A stretch of 64,000 nt of DNA from Clostridia bacterium. GTDB lineage: Bacteria; Bacillota; Clostridia; TANB77; CAG-465. The number at the start of each line of letters is the position of its first letter. Position 1 is the stretch's first letter. Positions 9,713 to 18,149 of the stretch are shown here, one piece after another. Made by a program: the position numbers and the translations under genes. The notes beneath the pieces are model-generated. The model saw nothing but the letters and a program-made list of their open reading frames with translations. It did not search any database and was not told the origin of the DNA. The stretch spans positions 10,317 through 74,316 of the forward strand of contig JAQSXK010000010.1 in NCBI GenBank assembly GCA_029256705.1, read 5' to 3'.

Positions 9713-11308
9713 ATGATAGAAAAAATTGAAAATGTAGTTAAAAAATTAAATATACCAGATGAATATATAGATTATTATGGAAAATATAAAGCCAAAATTT
9801 ATAGTGATTATTATGAATGTATTAAAGGAAATAAGTCTGGAAAATTGATACTTGTTACTGCTGTAAATCCCACACCACATGGGGAAGGAAAGACAACACA
9901 ATCAATAGGACTTACAATGGCCTTAAACAAAATAGGTAAAAGTTCTATAGCTGTCTTGAGGGAACCGTCTTTAGGACCAGTTTTTGGTGTTAAAGGAGGA
10001 GCAATTGGTGGAGGAATGGCAAAGCTTTTACCATCTCAAGATATTGATTTACATTTTACAGGTGATTTTCATGCTATTACATCAGCAAATAATTTATTGT
10101 GCGCAGTTATAGATAATAGCATCCTACACGGGAATGTTTCAAATATTGATCCTGAAAGAATATGTATAAAAAGAGCTATCGATATGAACGACAGATGTTT
10201 AAAAGAAATAACTACAAATAATGGTATGCATACGGGTTTTGAAATTACAGCAGCTTGTGAACTTATGGCTATATGTTGTTTAGCAGAAGATGTAGAAGAT
10301 TTAAAATATAAAATTGGTAATATACTTATAGGATATACTTTTAATGATGAACCGGTATATGCTAGAAGTTTAAACGTCGTTAATGCAATGATGGCGCTAC
10401 TTAAAGAAGCAATGAATCCTAACTTAGTTCAAACTACAGAAAATACTCCATGTATTGTACATTTAGGTCCATTTGCTAATATTGCTCATGGATGCAATTC
10501 TGTTATTTCCACAAAAATGGGTTTAAAACTTGCTGACTATTGCATAACTGAAGCTGGTTTTGGAGCAGATTTAGGGGCTGAAAAATTCTTCGATATTAAA
10601 TGCAGAAAAGCTAATTTAGTTCCAGATATATCTATACTTGTTGTAACTGTAAAAGCGTTAAAATATAATGGCGGAGATACTGAAGAAAATTTATCTAACG
10701 AAAATATACAAACTCTCGAAAAAGGTATTGTTAATCTAAAGAAACATATTGAAAATATAAAAAAATACGGAGTTCCTTTAATAGTTTGTATTAATAGATT
10801 TAATACAGATACAGAAAATGAAATTAACCATATTAAAAATTATTGTAAAAATTTAGATGTACAATGTGAAATATCTACAGTTTACGAAAATGGTTCAGAC
10901 GGTGCTATTTCACTTGCTAGGCTTACAGTACAAACTTTAGAAAGTAACAATAATAATTTTAAATATATTTATAATGATGATGATAGTATTGAAGATAAAA
11001 TATATAAAGTTTCCAGTGAAATATATGGCGCAAGTAATATCGAATATTTAGATAAAGCAAAAAAAGAACTTGAAAATGTTAAAAGATTAGGTTATGGTAA
11101 GCTACCAATATGCATTGCAAAAACTCCTTTTTCTTTATCAGATAATCCTAAACTGTTAGGATGTCCTAGTGATTTCACTATCACTGTAAAAAATATTAAA
11201 ATAGATAGTGGGGCAGGATTTATTGTTAACACCACATGTAGCATTCAGCTATACTTGGTGTTTTTGTTGTTATATAAATATATGAATAAATATTCATATA
11301 ACTGTTGA
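9713..11308 (+). CDS. fhs: formate--tetrahydrofolate ligase; the last ~30 aa are replaced by unrelated sequence, so it may be inactive
   Basis: FTHFS motifs are present (PTPHGEGKTT, EPSLGPVFGVKGGA, HFTGDFHAI, ...GAGFIV). After GAGFIV (from nt 11228) the conserved ALTGxIMxMPGLPK...GLF tail is missing and is not present in any frame. Confidence 0.8.
   Translation: MIEKIENVVKKLNIPDEYIDYYGKYKAKIYSDYYECIKGNKSGKLILVTAVNPTPHGEGKTTQSIGLTMALNKIGKSSIAVLREPSLGPVFGVKGGAIGGGMAKLLPSQDIDLHFTGDFHAITSANNLLCAVIDNSILHGNVSNIDPERICIKRAIDMNDRCLKEITTNNGMHTGFEITAACELMAICCLAEDVEDLKYKIGNILIGYTFNDEPVYARSLNVVNAMMALLKEAMNPNLVQTTENTPCIVHLGPFANIAHGCNSVISTKMGLKLADYCITEAGFGADLGAEKFFDIKCRKANLVPDISILVVTVKALKYNGGDTEENLSNENIQTLEKGIVNLKKHIENIKKYGVPLIVCINRFNTDTENEINHIKNYCKNLDVQCEISTVYENGSDGAISLARLTVQTLESNNNNFKYIYNDDDSIEDKIYKVSSEIYGASNIEYLDKAKKELENVKRLGYGKLPICIAKTPFSLSDNPKLLGCPSDFTITVKNIKIDSGAGFIVNTTCSIQLYLVFLLLYKYMNKYSYNC
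11281..11298. promoter_or_regulatory. perfect 8-2-8 palindrome TATGAATA-AA-TATTCATA; candidate ArsR/SmtB (CadC) operator
   Basis: The palindrome was read directly from the sequence. Its TGAA..TTCA core matches ArsR/SmtB 12-2-12 type operators. It lies immediately upstream of the cad -35 box. Confidence 0.5.
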
Positions 11309-11333
11309 CATATTATTAAATATATAGTATAAT
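11305..11333 (+). promoter_or_regulatory. sigma-A type promoter of cadC-cadA
   Basis: TTGACA (11305-11310), a 17-nt spacer, then TATAAT (11328-11333). Confidence 0.7.
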
Positions 11334-11342
11334 AAAAATATA

Positions 11343-11366
11343 ATATATGAGCAATCATTCAGATAT
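11343..11366. promoter_or_regulatory. second, imperfect inverted repeat (ATATATGAGCA-AT-CATTCAGATAT); candidate CadC operator
   Basis: It lies between the -10 box and the cadC SD and carries TGA..TCA half sites. Confidence 0.4.
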
Positions 11367-11399
11367 TAAAATAAAAATATATTGAAATGGGGTAATAAT

Positions 11400-11789
11400 A
11401 TGTATAATAAGTTACAAGAATGTGAAAAATGTGACGCTGATGTAATACATGAAGATATTGTAAGTCAAGTGAAAAATAAAATGCCACAAAAAGAAACTTT
11501 AAAAGATCTTACACAATTATTTAAAGTGTTTGGAGATTCAACAAGAATTAGAATACTATGGGCTTTGGATGAGTCTGAAATGTGTGTTTGTGATATAGCA
11601 TATTTATTAAATATGACGCAATCTGCTATTTCACATCAGTTAATTGTACTAAAACAAGAAAGGTTAGTAAAAAATAGAAAAGAAGGTAAAATAGTTTATT
11701 ATTCTTTAAATGATGAACATGTAAAACAAATATTTAATCAAGGTATAGTTCATATTAGAGAACAAAATGAGGAGCAAAATAACGTATAA
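11400..11789 (+). CDS. cadC: ArsR/SmtB-family metal-sensing repressor, CadC-like
   Basis: It has N-terminal Cys residues (CEKCD), the alpha3 CVCDI motif and the wHTH recognition helix (QSAISHQL). It lies directly upstream of cadA. The ATG at 11400 has a GGGG SD. Confidence 0.85.
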   Translation: MYNKLQECEKCDADVIHEDIVSQVKNKMPQKETLKDLTQLFKVFGDSTRIRILWALDESEMCVCDIAYLLNMTQSAISHQLIVLKQERLVKNRKEGKIVYYSLNDEHVKQIFNQGIVHIREQNEEQNNV

Positions 11790-11804
11790 AGGAGGAAGAA
11801 AATA

Positions 11805-13916
11805 GTGTTATCTACAAACAAAAAAGAATGGATATTAGAAGATTTAGATTGTGCTAATTGCGCAGCTAAAATAGAAAAAGAAATTAGTGAATTAAAATAT
11901 ATTAAAACAGCTTCAGTAGATTTTGTTTCAAAGAGACTTGTTATTGAAGCTGAAGAAAATACGAATTTAAACGAAATCAGCGAGCAAATTATAAAAATAA
12001 TAAATAAGATAGAACCTGATGTCAGAGTTGTATCAAAGAACAAAGAGAAAACATTTATTAAAGAAGAAAGCAGTAAAAAAGAAATCATTATTATTGCTTT
12101 AGGTGCACTTTCGTTTACAATTGGATTAGTTTTAGATTTATCTAGTCAATTGGAATTTGCTATATTTTTAATAAGTTATATTATATTGGGCGGAGATATT
12201 GTTTTAAAAGCTCTTAAAAATTTATTAAGAGGAGTAATTTTTGATGAAAGTTTCCTTATGAGTATTGCCACAATTGGAGCGTTTGCTATTGGTAATTTTC
12301 CAGAAGGTGTAGCAGTTATGTTATTTTATAAAGTTGGAGAGTTATTTCAAGATTTAGCTGTTAATCGTTCAAGAAAGTCAATAAGTGAATTAATGGACAT
12401 AAGACCAGATTTCGCTAATCTTAAAGTAGATAATAAATTAAAAGTTGTATCACCAGAGGATGTAAAAATAGGCGATATAATTGTTGTAAAACCTGGTGAA
12501 AAGGTTCCATTAGATGGTAAGGTTATTGATGGAAATTCAATGGCTGATACATGTGCTTTAACAGGTGAATCTATTCCACGAGAAGTGATAGTTGGAGACA
12601 ATATATTAAGTGGTTTTATTAATATAAGTGGTATTTTAACTATAGAAGTTACTAAGGAATTTGGTGAATCTACAGTTTCTAAAATTTTAGATTTAGTACA
12701 AAATGCAAGTATTAAAAAAGCTACAACTGAAAATTTTATAACTAAATTTGCTAGATATTACACACCAGTAGTAGTAATTGCGGCTATTATTATAGCTTTA
12801 ATTCCACCTCTTGTGATGCAAGGAGAAATATTTTCAGATTGGATATATAGAGCACTAGTATTTTTAGTTATATCTTGTCCATGTGCATTAGTTGTTTCAA
12901 TACCACTTGGTTTTTTTGGTGGTATTGGTGGAGCATCAAGACAAGGAATATTGATAAAAGGAAGTAATTATCTTGAAGCTTTAAATAATGTTGAAACGGT
13001 AGTTTTCGACAAAACAGGCACCTTAACAATGGGTGTATTTAATGTAACTCAAATTAATTCACAAAATGGTTATACAAATGAAGAATTAATAGAATATGCT
13101 GCATATGCAGAAAGTTATTCAAATCATCCAATTGCTCTTTCTGTTTTAAAAAGTTATGGAAAGAAAATAGATCTAAATGAAATAGAGAGTTATGAAGAAA
13201 TAGGCGGCCATGGTATAAAAGTTATTACTAACGGTAAAAAAATACTTGTAGGTAATTCTAAACTTATGATCAAAGAAAATATAGACTATTGTAAAGTTGA
13301 ATCCTTTGGAACAGAAATACATGTATCATTAAATGATGTATATGTAGGATATATTGTAATATCTGACGAATTAAAAGATGATTCAAAAAATGTTATTAAA
13401 GCTCTAAAACATATGGGAATTAAAAAAACTGTTATGCTTACTGGTGACAATAAAAATGTTGGAGAAAAAATAGGAAATTCTATTGGAATAGATGAAGTGT
13501 ATACAGAATTATTACCTGATCAAAAAGTTGAAAAACTTGAACTACTAAATAGGCAGAAAACTACTAAGGGAAATATTATTTTTATTGGAGATGGTATAAA
13601 TGATGCTCCAGTACTTGCAAGAGCAGATGTAGGAATTGCTATGGGTGGTTTAGGATCAGATGCTGCTATAGAAGCATCTGACATAGTAATAATGACAGAT
13701 GAACCAATAAAGATAGTAACCGCAATAAAAATAGCAAAAAGAACAAGAAAAATAGTATTACAAAATATATGTTTTGCAATAGGTATTAAAGTATTATTTT
13801 TAGGTTTTGGTGCTCTTGGAGTAGCTTCAATGTGGGAAGCAGTATTTGCTGATGTTGGTGTATCTATTATAGCGATAGTAAATGCTATGAGAGCTATAAA
13901 AGTAGATAACATATAA
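11805..13916 (+). CDS. cadA: Cd/Zn/Co-translocating P1B-type ATPase
   Basis: It has an N-terminal HMA domain (CANCAAKIE), the CPC transmembrane motif, DKTGTLT, SNHP and GDGINDAP. The start is GTG after aaggagga. Confidence 0.9.
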   Translation: MLSTNKKEWILEDLDCANCAAKIEKEISELKYIKTASVDFVSKRLVIEAEENTNLNEISEQIIKIINKIEPDVRVVSKNKEKTFIKEESSKKEIIIIALGALSFTIGLVLDLSSQLEFAIFLISYIILGGDIVLKALKNLLRGVIFDESFLMSIATIGAFAIGNFPEGVAVMLFYKVGELFQDLAVNRSRKSISELMDIRPDFANLKVDNKLKVVSPEDVKIGDIIVVKPGEKVPLDGKVIDGNSMADTCALTGESIPREVIVGDNILSGFINISGILTIEVTKEFGESTVSKILDLVQNASIKKATTENFITKFARYYTPVVVIAAIIIALIPPLVMQGEIFSDWIYRALVFLVISCPCALVVSIPLGFFGGIGGASRQGILIKGSNYLEALNNVETVVFDKTGTLTMGVFNVTQINSQNGYTNEELIEYAAYAESYSNHPIALSVLKSYGKKIDLNEIESYEEIGGHGIKVITNGKKILVGNSKLMIKENIDYCKVESFGTEIHVSLNDVYVGYIVISDELKDDSKNVIKALKHMGIKKTVMLTGDNKNVGEKIGNSIGIDEVYTELLPDQKVEKLELLNRQKTTKGNIIFIGDGINDAPVLARADVGIAMGGLGSDAAIEASDIVIMTDEPIKIVTAIKIAKRTRKIVLQNICFAIGIKVLFLGFGALGVASMWEAVFADVGVSIIAIVNAMRAIKVDNI

Positions 13917-14019
13917 TGTATATTAATAAATTTTAATTATTTAGTTGATTTGTTAGATAAGATTAGATATAATATATACATATTATTTTGATTAATATAG
14001 TTGTAAGGGAGAATTTTAT

Positions 14020-14772
14020 ATGAAATTAATTTCATGGAATGTTAATGGAATAAGAGCAGCACTTAATAAAGGATTTACAGAGTTTTTTAATGAAATAGAT
14101 GCAGATATTTTTTGTGTGCAGGAAACAAAAATGCAGGAAGGTCAAATAGAAATATCTTTTGATGGATACAATCAATATTGGAATAGTGCTGAAAAAAAAG
14201 GATATTCTGGAACTGCGATATTTACAAAGGTTAAACCTATTAGTGTGAACTATGGTATTGGAATAGATGAACATGATAATGAAGGTAGAGTAATTACACT
14301 TGAATTTGATAATTTCTATATAGTTAATATTTATACACCTAATTCTAAAAGAGAATTAGAAAGATTAGAATATAGAATGATATGGGAACAGGAAATAAAA
14401 AAATATATTAAAAAGTTAGATCAAAATAAACCTGTTATAATGTGTGGTGATTTAAATGTTGCACATAATGAAATAGATATAAAAAATGCAAAATCTAACA
14501 GAAGAAGTGCTGGGTTTACAGATGAAGAAAGAGAAAAAATGACAGGACTTTTAAATGATGGATTTACAGATACTTTTAGGTATATATATCCAGATAAAAA
14601 AGATGCTTATTCTTGGTGGTCATATATGGGCAATGCAAGAGCAAAAAATGTTGGTTGGCGTATAGATTACTTTATTGTATCAAGTAGTATAAAAAATGAA
14701 ATTAAAGATGCATATATATATCCAGAAATAATGGGTAGTGACCATTGTCCAGTAGGGCTTGAAATATTTTAG
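14020..14772 (+). CDS. xth: exodeoxyribonuclease III
   Basis: A 250-aa protein with the ISWNVNG, CVQETK, GDLNV and SDHCPV motifs of the ExoIII/APE family. Confidence 0.9.
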   Translation: MKLISWNVNGIRAALNKGFTEFFNEIDADIFCVQETKMQEGQIEISFDGYNQYWNSAEKKGYSGTAIFTKVKPISVNYGIGIDEHDNEGRVITLEFDNFYIVNIYTPNSKRELERLEYRMIWEQEIKKYIKKLDQNKPVIMCGDLNVAHNEIDIKNAKSNRRSAGFTDEEREKMTGLLNDGFTDTFRYIYPDKKDAYSWWSYMGNARAKNVGWRIDYFIVSSSIKNEIKDAYIYPEIMGSDHCPVGLEIF

Positions 14773-14784
14773 TTAATATGTTTA

Positions 14785-14822
14785 AAAATAATGTATAATG
14801 TTTTATACATTATTTTATTTTT
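14785..14822 (+). terminator. intrinsic terminator after xth
   Basis: A perfect 13-bp stem (aaaataatgtata / tatacattatttt) is followed by a T run. Confidence 0.8.
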
Positions 14823-15002
14823 TACAATAAGAATAAATGACTGTGATGTAATTAATAGTCAATTTTAAGAAAAAGCAAATTTTCAATTTGCTGATTATGT
14901 TTAAAAAAAGAAAAAATGAGCACAATATTTATATAATAAACATATACTTAACAGGTAAAATATACTAATTTGTAAATATTAACATAAAATAAACTTAAAT
15001 TG

Positions 15003-15031
15003 TTGAAATATAAGTGTTTAAATGGTATAAT
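15003..15031 (+). promoter_or_regulatory. promoter of the der operon
   Basis: TTGAAA (15003-15008), a 17-nt spacer containing a TG extension, then TATAAT (15026-15031). Confidence 0.6.
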
Positions 15032-15058
15032 ACTATATTAGTGAAAAGAGGTTTATTT

Positions 15059-15295
15059 ATGTTAAACAGATCTCAAATATTTAATTATTTAACGCTTATA
15101 TTGGCTGTTTGTACAATACTTTCAGCTATACTTTCAATTCTTAATAAAATTAGCCCAATTTACGGTATTGTTTTAATGTGTATTATGCTAATATTTAGTC
15201 ATATAAGTAGAAAAATAAATGAAGAAGAAACTATACTTACTGAGAAGCAAATTTCTGTTTTGAGTAATGTAAAAAATAAATCGGAGGAAAAATAA
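15059..15295 (+). CDS. small membrane protein (78 aa)
   Basis: The ATG at 15059 follows aaaagagg. There are two hydrophobic helices. The stop abuts the der start. Confidence 0.5.
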   Translation: MLNRSQIFNYLTLILAVCTILSAILSILNKISPIYGIVLMCIMLIFSHISRKINEEETILTEKQISVLSNVKNKSEEK

Positions 15296-16627
15296 ATGGC
15301 AAAAAAAGTTGTGGCAATAGTAGGAAGACCAAATGTAGGAAAGAGTACACTTTTTAATGCATTAGCTGGTCAAAAAATTTCAATAATTAGAGACTTCCCT
15401 GGTGTAACTAGAGATAGAATATATGCAGACTGTGCTTGGAGAGGAACTAAATTTCAAATAATTGATACTGGTGGTATTGAGCCAGATAGTGAAGATCCAC
15501 TGTTAATGCAAATGAGAAGGCAAGCTATGCTTGCTATGGACATGGCAGATGTTATAGTATTTATAACTGATTTAAAAGTTGGAGTAACCCCTGATGATAT
15601 AGAGGTTGCTAATATGCTTAGAAAAGCAAATAAACCTGTTATATTAGTTTGTAATAAATCTGATAGAGTTGGAGATGCGCCACCTGAAATCTATGAATTT
15701 TATAATTTAGGTTTAGGCGATCCTTTAGCTATTTCTGCTGGTAAAAAATTAGGTATTGGTGAATTACTTGATGAAATATATGGTAAGTTTGATAATGTTG
15801 AACCTGAAATTGAAGATGAAGAAACAATAAGAGTCGCTATAATAGGTAAGCCAAATGTTGGTAAGTCTTCTTTAGTTAATAAAATATTAAATGAAGAAAG
15901 AGTTATAGTAAGTGATATAGCTGGTACAACAAGAGACGCGATAGATTCATATTTTGAGAATAAACATGGAAAATACATATTTGTAGATACAGCTGGTATA
16001 CGCAGAAAAAATAAAGTATACGATAAGTTAGAAAAATTTACAGTTATTAAAGCACAGTCTGCAATAGATAGAGCAAATGTATGTATATTAATGATTGATG
16101 CTACAGAAGGCGTTACAGAGCAAGATGAGAAAATCGCTGGATATGCTCATGAAGCAGGTAGAGCTATTATAATATGTATAAACAAATGGGATTTATTAGA
16201 TAAAGAAACTGGAACATTAGAAGCATATAAAAAGCAAGTATATTATAAACTTGCATACTTATCTTATGCACCGATTATTTTTATATCTGCAGCAACTGGT
16301 CAAAGAGTTGAAAATTTATTTGAAATGATAAATGCAGTAAATAAAGCTAATAATTTAAGAGTTCCTACAGGAATGCTTAATGATGTGATATCTGAAGCTA
16401 TTGCAATAACTCAACCACCTTCAGATAAAGGAAAAAGATTGAAAGTGTTTTATGTTACACAAGTTACGACTAGACCACCAACTTTTGTGGTTTTTGTAAA
16501 TAATAAAGAGTTAATGCATTTTTCATATGTTAGATATTTGGAAAATCATATAAGAAAACAATTTGATATGGTTGGTACTCCAATACATATGATAACAAGA
16601 GAAAAAAGTAGAAGTAATGAAAAATAA
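15296..16627 (+). CDS. der: ribosome-biogenesis GTPase Der (EngA)
   Basis: It has tandem GTPase domains (GRPNVGKS and GKPNVGKS, DTGG/DTAG, NKSD/NKWD) followed by a KH-like C-terminal domain. Confidence 0.93.
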   Translation: MAKKVVAIVGRPNVGKSTLFNALAGQKISIIRDFPGVTRDRIYADCAWRGTKFQIIDTGGIEPDSEDPLLMQMRRQAMLAMDMADVIVFITDLKVGVTPDDIEVANMLRKANKPVILVCNKSDRVGDAPPEIYEFYNLGLGDPLAISAGKKLGIGELLDEIYGKFDNVEPEIEDEETIRVAIIGKPNVGKSSLVNKILNEERVIVSDIAGTTRDAIDSYFENKHGKYIFVDTAGIRRKNKVYDKLEKFTVIKAQSAIDRANVCILMIDATEGVTEQDEKIAGYAHEAGRAIIICINKWDLLDKETGTLEAYKKQVYYKLAYLSYAPIIFISAATGQRVENLFEMINAVNKANNLRVPTGMLNDVISEAIAITQPPSDKGKRLKVFYVTQVTTRPPTFVVFVNNKELMHFSYVRYLENHIRKQFDMVGTPIHMITREKSRSNEK

Positions 16628-16638
16628 GGAGTGATTTT

Positions 16639-16857
16639 ATGGCAGAAATAAAATATGAAATTACTGAAGAGATAAAAATTTTATCAGAAAATTCTAATGG
16701 ATGGACAAAAGAATTAAATTTAGTATCTTGGAATGGTTCTAAGCCAAAGTATGATATACGTGATTGGTCACCTGAGAAAGATAGAATGGCTAAAGGAATA
16801 ACATTAACTGAAGAAGAAATGAAAATATTAGTTGAAACTATGAATAATAGAATATAA
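16639..16857 (+). CDS. YdbC-family (PC4-like) ssDNA-binding protein
   Basis: A 72-aa protein whose pattern (...GWTKELNLVSWNG..PKYDIRDW...M.KGITLT.EE...L) matches the YdbC/PC4-like family. Confidence 0.65.
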   Translation: MAEIKYEITEEIKILSENSNGWTKELNLVSWNGSKPKYDIRDWSPEKDRMAKGITLTEEEMKILVETMNNRI

Positions 16858-16877
16858 TATTTATTGGAGGGAAACGT

Positions 16878-17954
16878 ATGAAAAAAATTGCAATAATGAC
16901 AGCAGGTGGAGATTGTCCTGGATTAAATAGCGTAATAAAAACTGTAGTTCTTTCTGCTAGAAAAAAAGGTATAACAGTTGTTGGTATTTTAGATGGATAT
17001 ATAGGTTTCGTAGAAAACAGATATATGGTACTGACTGAAAAAATAGTAGATAATATAGATACAATGGGTGGCACGATACTTGGTTCTTCAAACAAAGAGA
17101 ATCCTTTTCATTATCCAAATAAAGAAGGTATTGCTAAATTTGAAGATAGAGTCGATGATAGTATAGAAGCATTAAGAAAATTAGATGTTGAAGGATTAAT
17201 AGTAGTAGGAGGAGATGGGTCTTTGGACTCAGCTAGAGTTATTTATGAAAGAGGAATGCCTACAATAGGAATTCCTAAAACTATAGATAATGACATGAGT
17301 GCTAGCAATCCTACAATAGGATTTGAAACAGCTGTACAAAATGCTGTAGACTGCATTTCTAAACTAAAAACAACTGCATATTCACATAAAAGAGTTATGG
17401 TAGTTGAACTTATGGGTAGAACGTCAGGATATTTAACTTTATATGCTGGCTTTGCAGCATGTTCAGATATTATACTGCTTCCTGAAAAAGACTATAATTT
17501 AAATGGTGTTATAAATGAAGTAAAACGTGTAATGTCTAATGGTAAAAGATATTGTATTATAGCAATGTCTGAAGCTGCAAAAGAAAATGGTAAAGAAGAA
17601 ACAATTGCTAGAGTTGTAAAAGATAGTTATGAAGCAAAAAGGTATGGTGGAGTATCTGCTAAACTCGCAAAGGATATAGAAGATGCAACAGGATATGAAG
17701 CTAGATCAATAATACTTGGATATTTACAAAGAGGTGGATCACCTTTTGCAACGGATATGATACTTGGTGCTAGACTTGGGGATTATGCCTTGAATTTATT
17801 AATTAATAATGAACTTGGATATATAGTTGGATCTGAAGATGGAAAATTAATAAAAACTAAATATCCTAAAACAAGAGTAGCAAGACTTTTAGACTTTGAT
17901 AATAATGATTTAATTAAAACAGCTAAAAGTATGGGAATATACTTTGGTGAATAA
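16878..17954 (+). CDS. pfkA: 6-phosphofructokinase
   Basis: It carries the TAGGDCPGLN, GGDGS, PKTIDND and MGR motifs. Confidence 0.88.
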   Translation: MKKIAIMTAGGDCPGLNSVIKTVVLSARKKGITVVGILDGYIGFVENRYMVLTEKIVDNIDTMGGTILGSSNKENPFHYPNKEGIAKFEDRVDDSIEALRKLDVEGLIVVGGDGSLDSARVIYERGMPTIGIPKTIDNDMSASNPTIGFETAVQNAVDCISKLKTTAYSHKRVMVVELMGRTSGYLTLYAGFAACSDIILLPEKDYNLNGVINEVKRVMSNGKRYCIIAMSEAAKENGKEETIARVVKDSYEAKRYGGVSAKLAKDIEDATGYEARSIILGYLQRGGSPFATDMILGARLGDYALNLLINNELGYIVGSEDGKLIKTKYPKTRVARLLDFDNNDLIKTAKSMGIYFGE

Positions 17955-17967
17955 ATAATAAATATAT

Positions 17968-18000
17968 AAAAACATCTGAATGAATTTCAGATGTTTTTTT
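17968..18000 (+). terminator. intrinsic terminator after pfkA
   Basis: A perfect 13-bp stem (aaaaacatctgaa / ttcagatgttttt) with a T7 tail. Confidence 0.85.
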
Positions 18001-18080
18001 GTCGTAATATTTCTGAAGTTTATTGCATATTTCAATAATATTACAAATGATATACTTAACAGTTAAAACGCATAATTTTG

Positions 18081-18109
18081 TTGACAAAAAGTTATATTTA
18101 ATATATAAT
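18081..18109 (+). promoter_or_regulatory. consensus sigma-A promoter of the first giant paralog
   Basis: TTGACA (18081-18086), a 17-nt spacer, then TATAAT (18104-18109). Confidence 0.7.
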
Positions 18110-18149
18110 TTTAAATAAAAAACTATTTTTAAAATAGGGGGAAACTTTG

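Noticed and set aside
13917-14019. The downstream edge of the cad cassette, examined for a mobile-element boundary.
   Set aside because: No inverted or direct repeats, transposase or integrase genes are visible. Only the upstream junction at fhs shows a clear discontinuity.
14873-14893. A perfect 8-bp hairpin (agcaaatt-ttc-aatttgct) in the long xth-der intergenic region, considered as a possible small RNA or terminator.
   Set aside because: It has no T tail, no flanking promoter that I can recognise, and a short AT-rich stem. This is insufficient evidence.
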